Shown here in pieces: positions 51,821-64,000 of a stretch of DNA of 64,000 nucleotides. Under the pieces are notes generated by a model. That model saw only the letters and a list, made by a program, of their open reading frames with translations, made no database searches and was not told the origin of the DNA. How positions within the stretch are numbered: the first letter of the stretch is position 1; each line of letters begins with the position of its first letter. Both the position numbers and the translations under genes were made by a program. The stretch comes from Chiloscyllium plagiosum (taxonomy: Eukaryota), in the NCBI RefSeq assembly GCF_004010195.1, contig NC_057720.1:43399736-43463735 (forward strand), in the 5' to 3' direction.

Positions 51821-54800
51821 TTGCTATACCAGACAGGGTCAGAAGCCAAACAAGACAAAAATGGAGAATTACTCCAGTATGAACTGCTAGCTTTGATGTT
51901 GGCTATTTCACAAACGTTCAGAGACACTCTGGTGCAGAGTTTGAAGCATTTACAGACAACAACCCATCAGTTACTTTCAAATGTTCAAACATCTTGTAAC
52001 AACAGAATAGCCAGTGAACTCAGTCAGTTTCAATTCCAGATCTGGTACCAGTCAGGCAAAAGTAATGCAAATGCTGATGCCCTCAGTTGAAAGATGGGCA
52101 CAGGAGGGAAATCACCTCTACCGAGCTGAAGGGGGTCGATGGCTGATGCCTTGTCCCAAGTCAAAGGCAAAGTTTTGACCTTGATTCCCCATGACATTTT
52201 GCCTGAGATTCAGCACAGTGTCACCAATGGACCTAAGAATAAAATCCAGTCAAGTAGAGTCAGGTTTGGTTTCATTTTTGCAACTACCTTGAAACATGAC
52301 CTCAGACAGCTTCAACTGCACTAGTACTGGAAGACCCAATATCCACCAACCCAGTGCTGGCTGATGAAGAGGTCCAAACAGGCATAGAAAATGTTGAGGT
52401 GATGAATGGAGGAGGATGAAGTCATCAACTGCTTCATGACAGGGAAAGAGGGGTGAAGCAACACATCCTTCCTGATAGCCTCAAGGTCACGTGATCGTAA
52501 TAGTTCAAAATCAAGCATGACATCAAACGGTGCAAAACATAATTGCTCTGATCAGAAAGCAGTGTTACTGTCCCTGGATACTTATTAATATTGATGACTA
52601 CTGTCAAGTCTGTGAAAGGTATAATTTGGTGAAAGTGACCTCACTGCAGCATGGGATTCCAGGTCACCAAGAGACCTCTAGTGGTCCTTGCAATAGCTTT
52701 TATGGTCCTTGACTCCAGCAGTAATCAGACTGAGCATGTTCCCATAGTTAATGCAGGCCATTCTCACTTGTGGCCGTAAGTTCTCAACTATAATCAATGT
52801 GCCAGCACATGATTTGTTTATCTGTTCTGGTGTTCCATATCAGACTTTCAGTGAGCAGGAGTTCAAATGAACTTTGGAAGGCCTGTAGCATTGTTAAGAG
52901 TTGCATTACCCTCTATCATCCATAGGATACAGACAGTGCTAACAATTCAAACCAAACTCTACATGAGCATCTGAGAGAAAACAAAAGTGGTCCTAGTACC
53001 TTCTGGAATTGGTTTATGCTTAAAATAGCATCCCACTTATCTGCAGACTATTTTCCACACACTCTGTCCTCAATCCTTACCGTGGATGATCTCCTTGGGC
53101 TCACCACACTTTCTGAAGATGATGTCTGGTCAATGCATGGGCAGCATCACATGATACTAAACCAGGCATTTGTGATGATGCCCAAGAGGACGGAGAGAGA
53201 AGCACTGAGAAGAAAAACATGAAATGGTCTCAAGGATATAGACTGACCTTTCAACTGAGGCAAGAATTTTACAGAATCAGAATATCAGGGGTCAGAAATA
53301 GGAGACAGGATCCTGAACCCTGTAGAGTCATCAAGTGGCTGGACATAATTGGTCACACCTATGTTGCTGAACTAATAGTTGGAGGGCAGCCTCATAAAAT
53401 GGTTCATGGAAAGAAGCAACTTGAGGCCATAATCTGGTGGATTATGTGGAGACAAGAAGCTCACTCAGAGGTGTTGCAGAATGTGAAGTGTTGGATCTTA
53501 TTGGCTCAAGTGAAAGTCGAATTGGATAATGGTAAGGAACTCTTTAACGACTTGTGTATTGTGACACCATGAGGCACATCCACATTAGAGAGGCCTTATC
53601 TCACCCTGGCCAACAGCACAGGGATAACCTGTTGGAGTGGAAACTGCACCTAACCTATGATTCCTGGACATCTGACTGGCCTCGACTTCAATATGGGCAA
53701 TCATCCACAGAGCCTGGATCCCTTGGAAAATACCAGTACAGATGAGAGGCTGAGAAGGTCCTTGAGGAAATGCTGGATATCACCTCAACCTTCATCATTT
53801 ATTCAGATTGATGATGCAAAAATAGAATGCTGCTACTGATGTGGACATGTAGATTCTAGCCATCATGGCACAACTGAACCCTGCTTTATGAGCTTTGAAC
53901 CTTCCATGTGTTCAAATCCCTTGCTGCAGTATTAACACCTTTCTCTTTTGTATTGTCTCCACTCTTTGATTTATCACATCTTCCCAAATTTGATCTCTTG
54001 ACCCCACTGTTCAATTTAAATTCCTCTCTACTTCTTTAGTTATGTGGCTCACAAGAACACTAGCCCAAGTACAGTTCAGGTGGAGAGTGGAACCTGTACA
54101 ATCAGGGCACTTTCCCTGATTCTGGTACAACTGCCACATGAATCAGAGCTCACTTCTCCCAAATCAGTCTTTAAGGCATGCATTCATCCCTCTAATTTGA
54201 TTTGCCCTATACCAATTTGCACATGGATCAGGAAAGAATCCAAAGACTCTGAGCTTGAGGTTCTGCTTCTTAATTTGGTGCCTAGATTCTCATACTGAAT
54301 ATGCAGAACCTCTTTCTTTGTTCTGTCAATGACATTTGTACCTACATGGACCATAATGACAGGATTCTCCCCCACTCACTGCAAGTTCATTGCAGCTGAG
54401 GAGATGTTTTGATCCCTGGAACTGCACAGACAACACTACCCCCTCAGGACTTATATTTTTTGATGCAATGAACGGTGTCCATTCCTCATCTACTGCTATG
54501 TTTTTTTTGTTCTCCCCTCTATGACTCTATTTGAATAATTTTGTGTAGAGTAGTCAGTCCACTCTGTAGCCCTCACCCTTATTCAAACAAGCTTGAAGAA
54601 CCTTGAACCTGTCAAATAACTGTAAACGTTAGGACTCCTATGGCTCCTGAGCTATTGATTTCTTAACCAGTCTCAGTTGCAGTCACACTAATGACTGAAT
54701 GCAGTCCTTTAACAAATCAGAAGACCCTATTATAAGAGGTGTGATTATCTCTTGATACAAAGATTCCAAATAACTTTCCCTCTGCCTGAGGTATTGCAAT

Positions 54801-55259
54801 GTCTGTAGTTCAGCCTACAGTTCACACTAGCTGAGCAAAAGCTGCATAAACCTCAAATGCTTACAGCAGAATTGTTTGACCTCGATCACAGGGGCATTTT
54901 GGAGCTCTCAGATGCTACAGCTTAATCAACTTTATGTAACTGCTTAATTATTTTATTCAATTTTTTACTTTTATAATATTTCAATAATTTTATCAGTAAA
55001 TGCTACACAATTAGGAATGGATTCCACCTTAGACAATTAACAGATAGTTATCAAATAGCTAGCTAGTTCTCATGTACTACAATAAGAACTAATTCTTGGG
55101 GGCTGTAAAGTTATAAAAACCCAAAACAAAGGAGCACTTCTTTTCTGTCCTTTCTAACTCCCTTAATCATCAACATTCAGCACTCTATAATAAGTTGAAG
55201 TGCAAAATTGCACAAAATTGGCTAGTTTATATGTTCCTAACACAAAAGGCCTAGCTGCC

Positions 55260-57303
55260 CAATAGACAATAGGTGCAGGAGTAGGTCATTCGGCCCTTTG
55301 AGCCGGCACCACCATTTATTATGATCATGGCTGATCATCCACAATCAGTTTCCTGTTCCTGCCTTATCCCCATAACTCTGATTCCACTATCTTTAAGAGC
55401 TCTATCCATCTCTTTCTTGAAAGTATCCAGAGACTTGGCCTCCACTGCCTTCTGGGGCAGAGCATTCCATATATCCACCACTCTCTGGGTGAAGAAGTTC
55501 CTCATCAATGCTGTTCTAAATGGCCTACCCCTTATTTTTAAACTGTGTCCTCTGGTTCTGGACTCACCCATCAGCAGAAACATGCTTCCTACCTCCAGAG
55601 TGTCCAATCCTTTAATAATTTTATACATCTCAATCAGACTCCCTCTCATCTTTCTAAACTCAAGTGTATACATGCCCAGTCGCTCCAATCTTTCAACATA
55701 TTATAGTCCTGCCATTCTGGAAATTGACCTAGTGAACCTACGCTGCACTCCCTCAATAGCCAGAATGTCCTTCCTCAAAAGCCAGAATGTCCTTCCTCAA
55801 ATTTGGAGACCAAAACTGCACACAATACTCCAGGTGCAGTCTCACCAGGGCCCTGTACAGCTGCAGAAGGACTTATTTGCTCCTATGCTCAATTCCTCTT
55901 GTTATGAAGGCCAGCATGCCATTAGCTTTCTTCACTGCCTACTGTACCTACATGCTTGTTTTCATTGACTGTTGTACAAGAACAGCTCGATCTCGTTGTA
56001 CTTCCCCTTAACTTAGCTCCATTTAGATAGTAATCTGCCTGCCTGTTCTTGCCACACACTTATCCACATTAAACTGCATTTGCCATGCATCTGTCCACTC
56101 ACCTAGCCTGTTTAAGTCACCCTGTATTCTCATAACATCCTCCTCACATTTCACCCTGCCACCCAGCTTTATGTCATCAGCAAATTTGCTAATATTACTT
56201 TTAAAGCCTTCATCTATATCATTAATGTATATTGTAAACAGCTGCGGTCCCAGCACCGAACATTGTGGTACCCCACTGGTCACCGCCTGCCATTCTGTAA
56301 GGAACCCGTCTATCACTACTCTTTGCTTCCTGTAAGTCAGCCAAGTTTCAATCCAAGTCCGTATATTGCCCCCAGTACCATGTGCCCTAGTTTTGCTCAC
56401 TAATCTCCTCTGTGGACTTTCAGGAAGCCTTTGATAAAGTCCAAGTACACTACATCCACTGGCTCTCTCTTGTCCATCTTCATAGTTACATCCTCAAAGA
56501 AATTCCAGAAGATTAGTCAAGCATAATTTCCCCTTCGTAAATCCATGTTGACTCTGACCTATCCTGTTACAGCTATCCAGATAAGTCATAATTTCATCGT
56601 TTATAATTGACTCCAACATCTTTCCCACCACTGACGTCAGGTTAACCAGTCTATAATTCTCTGTTTTCTCTTTCTCCCTCCCTTCTTGAAAAGTGGGACA
56701 TTAGACACCCTCCAATCCACAGGAACGGATCCTGAATCTTTAGAACATTAGAAAATGATTACCAATGCGCCCATGATTTCTAGAGCCATCTCCTTAAGCA
56801 CCCTGGGATGTAGACCATCAGGTTCCAGGGACTTATCAGCCTTCAGACCTAACAGTCTATCCAACACCATTTCCTGCCTAATATAAATTCCCTTCAGTTC
56901 ATCCATTACCCTAGATCCTTCAGCCACTATTACATCTGGGAGATTGCTTGTGTCTTCCCCAGTGAAGACAGATCCAAAGTACCTATTCAACTCTTCTGCC
57001 ATTTCCTTGTTCCCCATAATAAATTCACCCGTTTCAGTCTTAAAAGACCCAATTTTAGTCTTAACCATTTTTTTTCTTTTCACATACCTAAAAAATCTTT
57101 TACTATCCACCTTTATATTTTTGGCCTGTTTGCCTGCGTACCGCATTTTATTCTCCACATATTACCTTTTTAGTTATCCTCTATTGTTTTTTTAAAAGTT
57201 TCCCAGTCCTCCGGCTTCTCGTTCATCTTTGCTATGTTATACTTCTTCTCTTTTATCTTTATATAGTCCTTAACTTCCCTCGTCAGCCATGGCTGCCCCT
57301 GCC
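55260..57303 (-). mobile_element. CR1 LINE, 5'-truncated (different subfamily from 47176)
   Basis: SGVPQCSVLGPQLFTIYIND, KFADD, FFTQRVVDIWNALPQ; tail ending CTATTGTCTATTG on minus. Confidence 0.95.
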
Positions 57304-57849
57304 CAGCACATAGAAGATCCATTTCACCTGCTTCATTATATAACTAAGCCCAATCACTCTTCCACTGAAGACTTTGTTAAGACTGTTTAAAGCTGACAAC
57401 TTTAGAATTTAAACTGTACATTTCAAAACAAAATTAGCTATGTATGACAGATCTTGCCTTCGTCTCGAGGTCTTGCTGACTCCATGGTGTCCTCCTCTTA
57501 ACTTTTTCCTCTAGAAGATGGTGCAGTTCTGCAGCATGAAGCAGAACACCATGAATCTTGACACAGGCACTAAACACTCCAGTAACGTTCCCTTTACTTT
57601 TTCCACTGGACATCCTCACCAATTATTTGCTCCTTATCCCCCTTTATCAACAATGTAAAATAAATTCCCAGCAATTTCAGTTGTAAAAATGAGTCACTAA
57701 ACTTGAAATGTTATCTGTTTTTCTCTCTCTCTCTCTCCAGAGATGCCAAATTTATGTAGTACTTTGTTTCTTTTTCAGATCTTCAGTACTTCGCTTTTAT
57801 ATTATTACACAAGTTCATTATATTGGTGTCCTATATCCAACCATCTTCA

Positions 57850-58700
57850 GCTGCTTCATCCTCACAACGTTCAGCATATTTGCGAATCCTCAGATACTGA
57901 AGCAACCTCTTTTCATATACAACATCTGGTCTACATCCAAGCACGATCTGATGATTGGTAAGTAACATTCACCCCATTCAACTTCCAGGCAATGACCATC
58001 TCGATCAGGGCAGAATCCAACCATTTCTCCAGAATCTTAATAGCAAGATCATCTCTGAATCCCCCATTACTAACATTCTGAGATTACCACTGATCAAAAA
58101 CTGAACTGTACGGGCCATATAAGAACAGTGGAGAAAAGAGCATGAGGCCAGGAAGTTTGCAGTGACTAACTTACCTCCTGACTCCACAGTATCCATCTAC
58201 CATCTACAATGCACAATCCAGGAATATGATTGAATGTTCTCCACGTGTCTGGATGGATGCATCTCCAATAACACCATCCAGAAACAAAGTATCCCGTTCA
58301 ACCCACACCCCATCTACGATCTTCATCTTTGATGTACAGTGGCAGCAGTGTGTTCTATCCACAAGATGTACTGCATAACTCACTATGGCTCCTTAACAGC
58401 AAACCTGTGACATTTACTATCTATAAGGACAAGAGCAGCAGATGCATGGGAACACCAACACCTGCAAGCTCCCCTCCAAGTCACATAGCCTCCTGACTTG
58501 GAACTGTAGCACTGATCCTTCACTGGTGCTGAATCAAAATCCTGGAACTCTCTTCCTAATAGCACTCTGGGTGTACCTATGCCCCCAGGGCAGCAGCAGC
58601 AGCAGTTCAAGATTGCAGATCAACATGACCTTCCCAGGGCAACTTCAGATCTCAATAGATGCTGGCCTACCCAGCAATACCCACATTTCAAAAACAAATA
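57850..58700 (+). mobile_element. 3' part of the tRNA-headed LINE family
   Basis: Aligns by eye with 22760-22950 and 23810-24382; ends ATGCTGGCCTACCCAGCAATACCCACATT...AAATAATAAA. Confidence 0.7.
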
Positions 58701-59340
58701 ATAAAGGGTGTACTGACAGGATCAACTCTACTTATCACCAGTCTCTCTCTCTATATTGTTAAGTTATTAGACTGCTTATGTGACATCCAGTATTCGATAA
58801 ACAGAAATGTATACAAATTAAATACTAGGAAAACTGTAGCTTTTTTACTCCACTACTTCAAACTCCATTTTGTAACAAATGATTCTCTCTCCAAGTAAAC
58901 CACACTGTTTTAACCTTGATATCATATTTGAACTTGAGATGAGCTTCTGATCATGTATTCCACGATCACAAAGAGAGCCTACTTTTACCTCCTGCAGTTA
59001 CCTGACTTTATCCCTGTCTCAGTTCATCACCCATTGAAACTTTCATTGGTTTGAACCTTGAACTTGCCTACTCCAGTACAGTTCTGGCTCCTCTCCCACA
59101 TGCATGCTTTGTAAACTTGAGGTCATCCAAAACCTCTGCCCATGTCTTAATTTGCAATCAATTCCATTCACATACCATCTTTGAGTAGTAACCTATATTA
59201 ACTACTGGTCAATCAACACCTTAATTTTAAAATTCTCATTCTTATTTTCAAATCTCTCCAGAGCATTGCCCCTCTCTATTTCTGTAATTTCCTGCAACCT
59301 TCTGAGATATTTGAGGTCATCTAATTCTAGCTTTCTGAGC

Positions 59341-60121
59341 ACAAAGGGCAGGACAGTTGATGTTTCAGGCATAAGCACTTCATCAGGAATGTGGAGGGGG
59401 AAGGGGGCTGACAGATAAATAAGGGGTGGGGTGGGACAGGGAAAGATAGATGGAATGGTGATAGGTGGATGCAGGTAGGAGGTGACTGTGATAGGTTGGT
59501 TAGGAGGGAGGAGCGGATAGATGGGTAAGAAGATGGACAGGTAGGTCAGGTCAGGAGGGCAATGCTAAGTTGGATCTGAGATGAAGTGGTGGGTGGGGAG
59601 ATTTGGAAACTGGTGAAATCAATGATGATGCCATGTGGTTGTAGGGTCCTGAGGCAGAAGGTGACATGCTCTTTCTCCAGTCAGTAGGTGCCTTTGATTT
59701 GGCAGTGGAGACAGGGAGTTGAAGTGGTTGGCTACAGGGCTGTGGGGTTGGTTGGACCAGAGATATTCCCTCAACCTCTCCATGAGTTGGCGCTCGGTCT
59801 CCCCAGTGTAGAGGAGGCCACATTGAGGGCAATGGATGCTGTAAATGAGGATCTATCTGTCCATCTTCCTCCCCACCTATCCGCCCCACCCTCCCCACCG
59901 ACCTATCAGAATCACCTACCTGCTTCCACCTACTGTCATCCCACCTACCTTTCCCCCTATTTATCTCTCGGTCCCCTTGCCCCTCCACATTCCTGATGAA
60001 GGGCTTATGCCTGAAATGTAGAATCTCCTGCTCCTCAGATGCTGCCTGACCTGCTGTGCTTTTTCCAGCACTACACTTTTCAACTGGACTCTCTCGCACC
60101 TGCAGTGCTCACTTTCACCTG
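59341..60121. mobile_element. Penelope-like insertion with inverted structure and GIY-YIG remnant
   Basis: Minus frame LIYSIHCPQCGLLYTGETERQLMERLREYL (~59850-59760) is the GIY-YIG motif. ~190-bp inverted arms; exact 11-bp TSD GCTTTCTGAGC at 59330-59340 and 60122-60132. Confidence 0.92.
59989..60024 (+). ncRNA. Minimal hammerhead ribozyme motif
   Basis: ATTC-CTGATGA-A-GGGC-TTAT-GCCT-GAAA-TGTA-GAAT: 4-bp stem I (ATTC/GAAT) and a GUA triplet. Confidence 0.6.
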
Positions 60122-60469
60122 GCTTTCTGAGCTTCCCTGACTTTAAACACTTGCCCACGCGTGGATGTGACTTCAGTAGCCTAGGCCCTAAATTTTGGAT
60201 TCCCTGCCTGAATCTCTTCACCTCTCCACCTAATTTTCCTCCTTTAAGTAATTCCTTGATAACACTTTGATCTAACTTTTGTTCTTCTGATCTACCACTT
60301 CCTTATGTGGTTTAGTGTCACATTTGTTTTTTTATTACTCTGACAATGTTGCATTACATTAACGCTTCTACATACATAGTAGTTATTGCTGTTGATGCAA
60401 TTACAATCATGCTCTGATTAGATCATGTCTAAGTGGACAGAAAGGGGCTGTCTAGAGTGCTACAGGCCT

Positions 60470-61440
60470 GGCTTTATCTAATTTGTGTCCCCCTTATGAT
60501 TCTGTTCATCAGTTGCTCACAGTATAGCAGATGTGTAAGTATTATCCCCTTCAGGTTGGTGTAGTTCTGTAGCATGAGGCAAAACATGAATCTTGACACC
60601 AACTCAAAGGACTCCAGGGGTCCTCCAGAACAATCCAGGCAGGAGAAACAATGTTTCAGGATACCAGTCTTGATCAATCTTTGTGCACAAGGACATGAGT
60701 TGTGCACGATCCGCCATGTTATTATTGGATTACACACTCTTTAGTTTACTGTGGTGGCTCAAGGATGACTAGAGACAAGCATTAATGCTGGCCAGCCTGC
60801 GAAGCCAACGTTCCACAAGAGAATGAATAAATAAATAAAGTTTTAATAACTGCTTCAGGTTACTGGGCATTGCCCTGCATCGTCTTTTGCTACTGATTAC
60901 ACACAGTCTGGGTATGGAATTCTTTTCAGTTTTGACATGGGCATGGTTAAAATCCAGCACCAGTCAAGAGACATGCGTGCAAGCAATGATACCTTACGTC
61001 ATAGGGAAATGTAATATGTTCAATCCACCTGGCAAGAGAATAAAACAGATCTTTTTACTGAATAAGCAACCTTGTGAACCAGTGAACAGAAAGATGCAAG
61101 ATGTTATGAACAGCTAGATAGATTAGTTCATTGGCATGGTCACCTTCAAGAGCATTTGACAAGGTTGTCTTTGCCTTGCTCTGAAGTAGCAGTTGTGGCT
61201 GCAGTAGGCAGAAGATTCCAGTGATAATATCTTTACTGAGGCAGAGACATCTCACACTTTATTTATTACATGCTGAGATTAAGGTGAAGAAATGTTTGTT
61301 TGTAGCCCTAGCCGATGTGGCCTCTCACTGCTCTTCAACCTATTCCTCATCTCCCTTTTCCAGCAGCTTGGTTTGTTCCGCATGGTCTCTCCTGACTGTC
61401 CAAGTCATAATATATTTCAAGGACAATGTCTGCTTGTACA
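60470..61440 (-). mobile_element. PIF/Harbinger (HARBI1-like) transposase remnant, interrupted by a LINE tail (60765-60840)
   Basis: Collinear broken motifs RCLCLSKDIITGIFCLLQPQL...KVT, FPMT*GIIACTHV (cf. FPxVxGAIDCTHV) and GILKHCFSCLDCSGGPL (cf. GxLKxRFRCLDxSGGxL). A related C-terminal scrap lies at ~57500-57590. Confidence 0.75.
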
Positions 61441-61569
61441 CAAATCAAAACATCAAAATAGGGCAGGAAAACTTGAAAGTCAAAATCTCAAAGCTACAAA
61501 AATACAAATGGTCAAAAACTGTGCGCTTTAAAAGCATTACACAATCAATTTTCCAAATTACTCCGATTT

Positions 61570-62478
61570 GTGTCAAAGATTGTGGAGTGGCAGAAAGCAT
61601 AAGGGACTGTCAGAGAATACAGGAAGATATACATAGCCTGCGAGTTGGGCGGAAAAGTGGCAGATGGCTTTCAATCCAGACAAATGCGAGGTGATGCATT
61701 TAGGCAAGTCGAATTCTAAGGTGAATTATACAATGAACGGAAGAGCCTTGGGAAAAGTTGATGGGCAGAGAGATCTGGGAGTGCAGGTCCATTGTACCCT
61801 CTAGGTTGCTGCACAGGTGGAGTGGTCAAGAAGGCATATAGTATGCTTGCCTTCATTGGACGGAGTATTGAGTACAAGAGCTAGCAAGTCATCTTAAAAT
61901 TGTCCAAGACATTGGTTCGGCCGCATTTAGAATACTGTGCACAGTTTTGGTCGCCACAATATCAAAAGAATGTGGACGCTTTGGAGAGGGTGCAGAGAAG
62001 GTTTACGAGGATGTTGCCTGGTATGGAAGGTGCTAGCTATGAAGAGAGGTTGAGTAGGTTAGGTTTATTTTCACTAGAAAAAAAAAGGAGATTGAGGGGG
62101 GACCTGATTGAGATTTACAAAATCATGAAGGGTACAGACCGGGTGGATAGAGACAAGTTTTTCCCAGGGTGAAGGATTCAATAATGAGAAGTCATGCTTT
62201 CAAAGTGAGAGGTGGAAAGTTTAAGGGGGATACACGCGGTAAGTACTTCACACAGAGGGTAGTGGGCGTTTGGAACGCGTTGGCAGCAGAGGTGGTAGAG
62301 GCAGGTACAGTAGGTTAATTTAAGATGCATCTGGACAGATGCATGAGTAGGTGGGGAGCAGAGGGATACAGATGCTTAGGAATTGACCGACAGTTTTAGA
62401 CAGTACATTTGGATCAGCTCAGGCTTGGAGGGCCGAAGGGCTTGTTCCTGGGCCATAAATTTTCTTTGTTCTCTTTGT
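61570..62478 (+). mobile_element. CR1 3' fragment
   Basis: KTLVRPHLEYCAQFWSPQYQKNVDALERVQRRFTRMLPG; tail GGGCCGAAGGGCTTGTTCC...TTCTTTGTTCT. Confidence 0.93.
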
Positions 62479-62958
62479 CAAACTTCTCATCTAATATCCA
62501 TCATCAGATGATAAGAAATTACCTGAAATCAATCTTGGAGAAAATCAGTGTCATTGGTAGAGACTGAAGACAAATTCATTCCTGAGCCAGCAACTCTACT
62601 TCTCTGCCTAGTCATTGTCTAAACTGAACCAGATCATTGGTGACCTAACTGACCCTGAACTGTGCTTCTGACCCCATATCCTCATCATAACTATATGCAT
62701 TTATCTCCCTAATACTATTCACCTCATCCCATCAGCTGCTGAAACTCGGATCTGTCTTTATTACTTCTTAAGTTTATAATCCCAATGGTCAATTTCCCTT
62801 GATAAACTTGAATTCATCTAATGTTCTGCATCTCATATCCTAACTCCAGGCTTGCTTCCCAATCAGCCATTTTTGCTGACCTACATTGACAATGCCTTAA
62901 TTTTAACGATTACATTACTGTTTAAAATGCCTCTGTGACTTTGCCTCTTCCTATCTCT

Positions 62959-63959
62959 TGTGATGGAAGGTGTGTGAAAAACATTATCATGTTTAGTATT
63001 TAAATTGTTTTTGTAAAAAAATGAATGGATGTCAGTTAGTGTTGCAGAAGAGTTTTCAAAAGGCCAGAAATTCATTCTGGAACAGTGAGCTAAATGTACC
63101 AGTTGAAGAAAACACCTGATTGTCAATAAGGGTTTGGGAGAACCCTCAAGTCAGAACCTCTGGAATGTTAACAGATTAACGTTTTTATGCAGTGTAAATG
63201 TTTGAAGTAATTAACCTTGTATTGAATTCAGTTCAAAAAACATCAAAGTTTTATTTGGGAAGAATAAAGAGTGGAGTTCAGAAGAAAGTTTTAGTTTCTT
63301 TATGAGCAGATTTTGGTTCAGAAGTAACCAGTCACTGCAACAGCAGTGTTTTTCTATTTATGATGTTTCCAAGCAAAGAGAAATTGGGACTGAAATTTTA
63401 AGATTGTTAAGAGTGGAAAAACACCAGGCCATCAGAATTATGAAAAATTGATACCATCATAAAGTTCTCTCTTTTGCTCAAGAGAAAGAAACTGAAAGGA
63501 ATCAGTTAATTAGAAGCTTAAAGAGTTGAAATAGGAGTATAAATTCTCTGGGCACGAGTCTCTGTAATGAATAGTGTTTGGAAACAAGTTGATACTTTAT
63601 TTTAATGTTTATATTAAGATCTTTCTAACTCTTAAAATATATAACTTGATTCTGAGGAAGGGTCATCAAACCCCAAACGTTAACTTTGATTTCTCTTCAC
63701 CGATGCTGCCAAATCTGCTAAGTTTTTCCACCAACGTTTGTTTTCGTTTCTTGATTTACAGCATCCACAGTTCTTTTGGTTTTTATTGCTCGATTTGTTT
63801 GTGTAATAACAAATACTTGTTAGAAAGTACCTGCAGTCTCATGTGAATATATTTCAGTGACCAACCACCATATTAATGATAAAAAAAACACATGATGAAT
63901 CAAGCCAGATTTCATTCTTAGATTTGACTTGTCCAGTAGTACCAGCAAGGACCATAACA
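62959..63959 (+). mobile_element. Solo LTR with 4-bp target-site duplication
   Basis: TGTGATGG...CCATAACA termini (7/8 inverted match), CTCT on both sides; removing it restores an L2-type sequence CCTATCTCTGCAATC. Confidence 0.8.
63650..63787 (+). mobile_element. Penelope-like solo terminal repeat (second family) inside the solo LTR
   Basis: CTGAGGA-A-GGGTC-ATCA-AACCC-CAAA-CGTT-AAC...GATGCTGCC...CAGCATCCACAGTTCTTTTGG; same family as 23101. Confidence 0.75.
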
Positions 63960-64000
63960 CTCTGCAATCCTGACCCCCTTGTGTATCCTCTATCCGCCCT

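Larger units (their letters stand above)
51065..53400 (+). mobile_element. Decayed Ty3/Gypsy pol (RT, RNase H, integrase)
   Basis: TFRHMK...LMYLHNIFIY...KPEKCQLSQTKV*YLGHFV; VIAYT; YQSGKSNANADALS; CYCPW...IDDYCQVCERY; ITLYHP. The RT-RH-IN order is Gypsy-type. Confidence 0.82.
46860..54930 (-). mobile_element. Old CR1 LINE (ORF1 plus 5' half of ORF2) fragmented by nested insertions
   Basis: ORF1 zinc-finger/leucine-zipper remnant ~54920-54780; SGNH-esterase-like PVIMVHVGTNVIDRTKKEVL...LGTKLRSRTS (54375-54250); endonuclease LDLVLCN...NHSMIEF ~49740-49650; post-endonuclease region 47170-46860 similar to 56960-57130. Confidence 0.75.
58900..60400 (+). mobile_element. Old L2-type 3' fragment split by a Penelope insertion
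   Basis: LEVIQN, LNFKILIL and related L2-end motifs on both sides of 59341-60121; a similar L2 fragment lies at ~62640-62958. Confidence 0.6.

Noticed and set aside
57670-57790. Additional hammerhead motifs here and at ~21310-21390 and ~25200-25250
   Set aside because: Penelope-repeat-like, but the core nucleotides are too decayed to call a ribozyme.
42781-64000. Penultimate faf1 exon (expected ...SKGFPW...TFPRRD)
   Set aside because: Not found by eye on the minus strand and probably beyond the window, though a missed exon cannot be fully excluded without TBLASTN.

Overview
Vertebrate genomic DNA from a cartilaginous fish. The HE1-type V-SINEs, CR1 tails and Penelope repeats look shark-like; a bamboo/carpet shark is my inference. 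Two host genes lie on the minus strand: the complete two-exon dmrta2 (DMRT5; CDS 6978-6555 + 5248-4377, 431 aa) and the 84-nt terminal coding exon of faf1 (42780-42697), which the ORF track misses. This reproduces the human FAF1-DMRTA2 arrangement. The first ~17.4 kb around dmrta2 is AT-rich yet keeps its CpGs and is almost transposon-free, like a methylation valley. The rest is CpG-depleted and packed with nested, decayed elements: CR1/L2 LINEs, SINEs, Gypsy pol and solo LTRs, and PIF/Harbinger fragments. The most notable hidden signal is a set of at least seven Penelope-like insertions whose terminal repeats carry minimal, dimer-type hammerhead ribozyme motifs. One motif looks intact (51781-51818, minus) and several sit in outward-facing inverted pairs with target-site duplications. 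There is also a LINE family whose coding copies begin with a tRNA/SINE-like head. Repeat boundaries were read by eye and are approximate; no database search was run.
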